A stretch of 64,000 nucleotides of DNA. It comes from Eledone cirrhosa. Taxonomy: Eukaryota. The notes under the pieces are model-generated. The model saw only the letters and a program-made list of their open reading frames with translations, had not been told where the DNA came from and made no database searches. Of the stretch, positions 60,565 to 64,000 are shown in pieces. A program made the position numbers and the translations under genes. The DNA lies in the NCBI GenBank assembly GCA_964016885.1, contig OZ024753.1:11222001-11286000 (forward strand), written 5' to 3'. Each line of letters starts with the position of its first letter. The first letter of the stretch is position 1.

Positions 60565-60881
60565 TTTACTACTTTTCATCATAAAGGTTTACGGTAGAAT
60601 TAAATAAATATTTTCAGAGATGATATAAAGAATAAGCAAAAGAGCAGGAGTTCCTTAATAGTAAAACATCGGTTAATTACGGTAATAAAATATTTCTAAG
60701 CCACAATAGATTCAGAAATTAAACATTAAATAATAGAATGGAAATAATTGGAAAAGAGAATATTAAAAAAGAAATTACTTCAGTTATAAACAGATCGAAA
60801 CATACAGCAAGATGGTGGAAGTTGTAGAAGGGAATTATTAGTAGTAGCATTAGAAGTAGTAATAGTGGTGGTAGTAGCAGC

Positions 60882-60926
<45 letters not shown>

Positions 60927-61161
60927 ATGGTAGTAGTAGTGTAGTAGTAGTAGTAGTAATAGTAGTAGTATTAGAAGTAGTAATAGTGGTGGTGGTAGTA
61001 GTAGTAGTAGTTGTAATAGTAGTAGTAGTAGTTGTAGTAGTAGTGGTGGTATGGTAGTAGTAGTGTAGTAGTTTTAGTAGTAGTAGTAGTAGTAGTATTA
61101 GAAGTAGTAATAGTGGTGGTGGTAGTAGTAGTAGTAGTTGTAATAGTAGTAGTAGTTGTAA

Positions 61162-61192
<31 letters not shown>

Positions 61193-61459
61193 TGTAGTAG
61201 TAGTGGTGGTGGTATGATAGTAGTAGTGTAGTAGTTTTAGTAATAGTAGTAGTAATAGTAGTTGTAGTATTAGCAATAGTAGTAGTATTATTAGTAGTTG
61301 TACTAGTGGTTGCAGTTGTAGTAGTAGTAGCTGTAGTAGTAGTAGTAGTATTTGTAGTATTAATAGCAGTATTAGTATTAGTAGTAATGGGAGTAGTAGT
61401 AGTAGTTGTAGTAGTTATATTATCAATAGTAGCAGTATAAGTAGCTATAGTAGTAGTAT

Positions 61460-61508
<49 letters not shown>

Positions 61509-61641
61509 TACAGTAGTAGCAGCAGCAGCAGTAGCTGTGGTGGTGGAGGAAGCGGAAGTGGTAGTTGTAGTTACATAATGAGAACAACATTTCCTGTCGT
61601 TCTGGTTCAGAAGTAAAATGTCTTGCTCCATTGCACGATGT

Positions 61642-64000
61642 CATCTACTACACGGCAACCTCTTGGTTTACACATCACACAGACATATACATAGATACAT
61701 ATACACACACATACATCTACTACACGGCAACCTCTTGGTTTACACATCACACAGACATATACATAGATACATATACACACACATACATCTACTACACGGC
61801 AACCTCTTGGTTTACACATCACACACACATATACACACACATACACATACACACATACATCTACTACACGGCAACCTCTTGGTTTACACATCACACACAC
61901 ATATAGAGAGGTACATATACACACACATACACATACACACATACATCTACTACACGGCAACCTCTTGGTTTACACATCACACACACACATATACAGAGGT
62001 ACATATACACACACATACACATACACACATACATCTACTACACGGCAACCTCTTGGTTTACACATCACACACACATATACAGAGGTACATATACACACAC
62101 ATACACATACACACATACATCTACTACACGGCAACCTCTTGGTTTACACATCACACACACATATACAGAGATACATATACACACACATACACATACACAC
62201 ATACATCTACTACACGGCAACCTCTTGGTTTACACATCACACACACATATACAGAGATACATATACACACACATACACATACACACATACATCTACTACA
62301 CGGCAACCTCTTGGTTTACACATCACACACACATATACATAGATACATATACACACACACACACATACACACTTACATGTACTACACGGCAACCTCTTGG
62401 TTTACACATCACACACACATATACAGAGGTACACACACATACACATACACACATACATCTACTACACGGCAACCTCTTGGTTTACACATCACACACACAT
62501 ATACAGAGGTACACACACATACACATACACACATACATCTACTACACGACAACCTCTTGGTTTACACATCACACACACATATACAGAGGTACACACACAT
62601 ACACATACACACATACATCTACTACACGGCAACCTCTTGGTTTACACATCACACACACATATACATAGATACATATACACACACACACACATACACACAT
62701 ACATGTACTACACGGCAACCTCTTGGTTTACACATCACACACACATATACAGAGATACATATACACACACATACGCATACACACATACATCTACTACACG
62801 GCAACCTCTTGGTTTACACATCACACACACATATACAGAGGTACACACACATACACATACACACATACATCTACTACACGGCAACCTCTTGGTTTACACA
62901 TCACACACACATATACAGAGGTACACACACATACACATACACACATACATCTACTACACGGCAACCTCTTGGTTTACACATCACACACACACATATACAT
63001 AGATACATATACACACACATACACATACACACATACACACATACATCTACTACACGGCAACCTCTTGGTTTACACATCACACACACACATATACAGAGGT
63101 ACATATACACACACATACACATACACACATACATCTACTACACGGCAACCTCTTGGTTTACACATCACACACACATATACAGAGGAACATATACACACAC
63201 ACACACATACACACATACATCTACTACACGGCAACCTCTTGGTTTACACATCACACACACATATACAGAGGAACATATACACACACATACACATACACAC
63301 ATACATCTACTACACGGCAACCTCTTGGTTTACACATCACACACACATATACAGAGGAACATATACACACACACACACATACACACATACATCTACTACA
63401 CGGCAACCTCTTAGTTTACACATCACACACACACATATACAGAGATACATATACACACACATACACATACACACATACATCTACTACACGGCAACTTCTT
63501 GGTTTACACATCACACACACATATACAGAGTTACATATACACACACATACACATACACACATACATCTACTACACGGCAACCTCTTGGTTTACACATCAC
63601 ACACACATATACAGAGATACATATACACACACATACACATACACACATACATCTACTACACGATAACCTCTTGGGTTACACATCACACACACATATACAG
63701 AGGTACATATACATACACATACACACATACATCTACTACACGGCAACCTCTTGGTTTACACATCACACACACACATATACAGAGATACATATACACACAC
63801 ATACACATACACACATACATCTACTACACGGCAACCTCTTGGTTTACACATCACACACACATATACAGAGGTACATATACACACAAACACACATACACAC
63901 ATACATCTACTACACGGCAACCTCTTGGTTTACACATCACACACACATATACACAGAGGTACATATACACACACATACACATACACACATACATCTACTA
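61642..64000. repeat. Tandem satellite, 72-96 bp period, about 28 copies, runs off the window
   Basis: Constant CATCTACTACACGGCAACCTCTTGGTTTACACATCAC plus a CA/TA-rich linker of variable length. Confidence 0.95.

Noticed and set aside
61642-64000. CRISPR-like repeat/spacer pattern and a 598-aa ORF
   Set aside because: The spacers are near-identical low-complexity CA/TA runs, there are no cas genes, the context is eukaryotic, and the ORF is a translation of the repeat.

Overview
AT-rich, repeat-saturated animal DNA, most likely octopus (inferred from tRNA-derived Meta-domain and CORE SINEs and extreme (TA)n/(CA)n density). No complete protein-coding gene is evident, and nearly all long ORFs in the track are microsatellite artefacts. 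One candidate first exon lies on the minus strand (13040-13159). Mobile DNA includes about 30 Meta-type and 7 CORE-type SINEs, 3' fragments of Tx1/L1, RTE, CR1 and R4/Dong LINEs, a mariner fragment, five hAT-type MITE copies and several minisatellites. The main signal is a set of short non-coding islands embedded in (TA)n tracts that fold as type I hammerhead ribozymes (HHRs). They fall into at least eight sequence families, consistent with Penelope-like element (PLE) terminal repeats. Three unrelated families carry the compensatory U3:A8 core in place of C3:G8, one family has a fixed U4A core, and several have minimal palindromic stem III. In one family, independent insertions repeatedly fold back at loop II of the ribozyme. 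All folds were read by eye and activity is untested.
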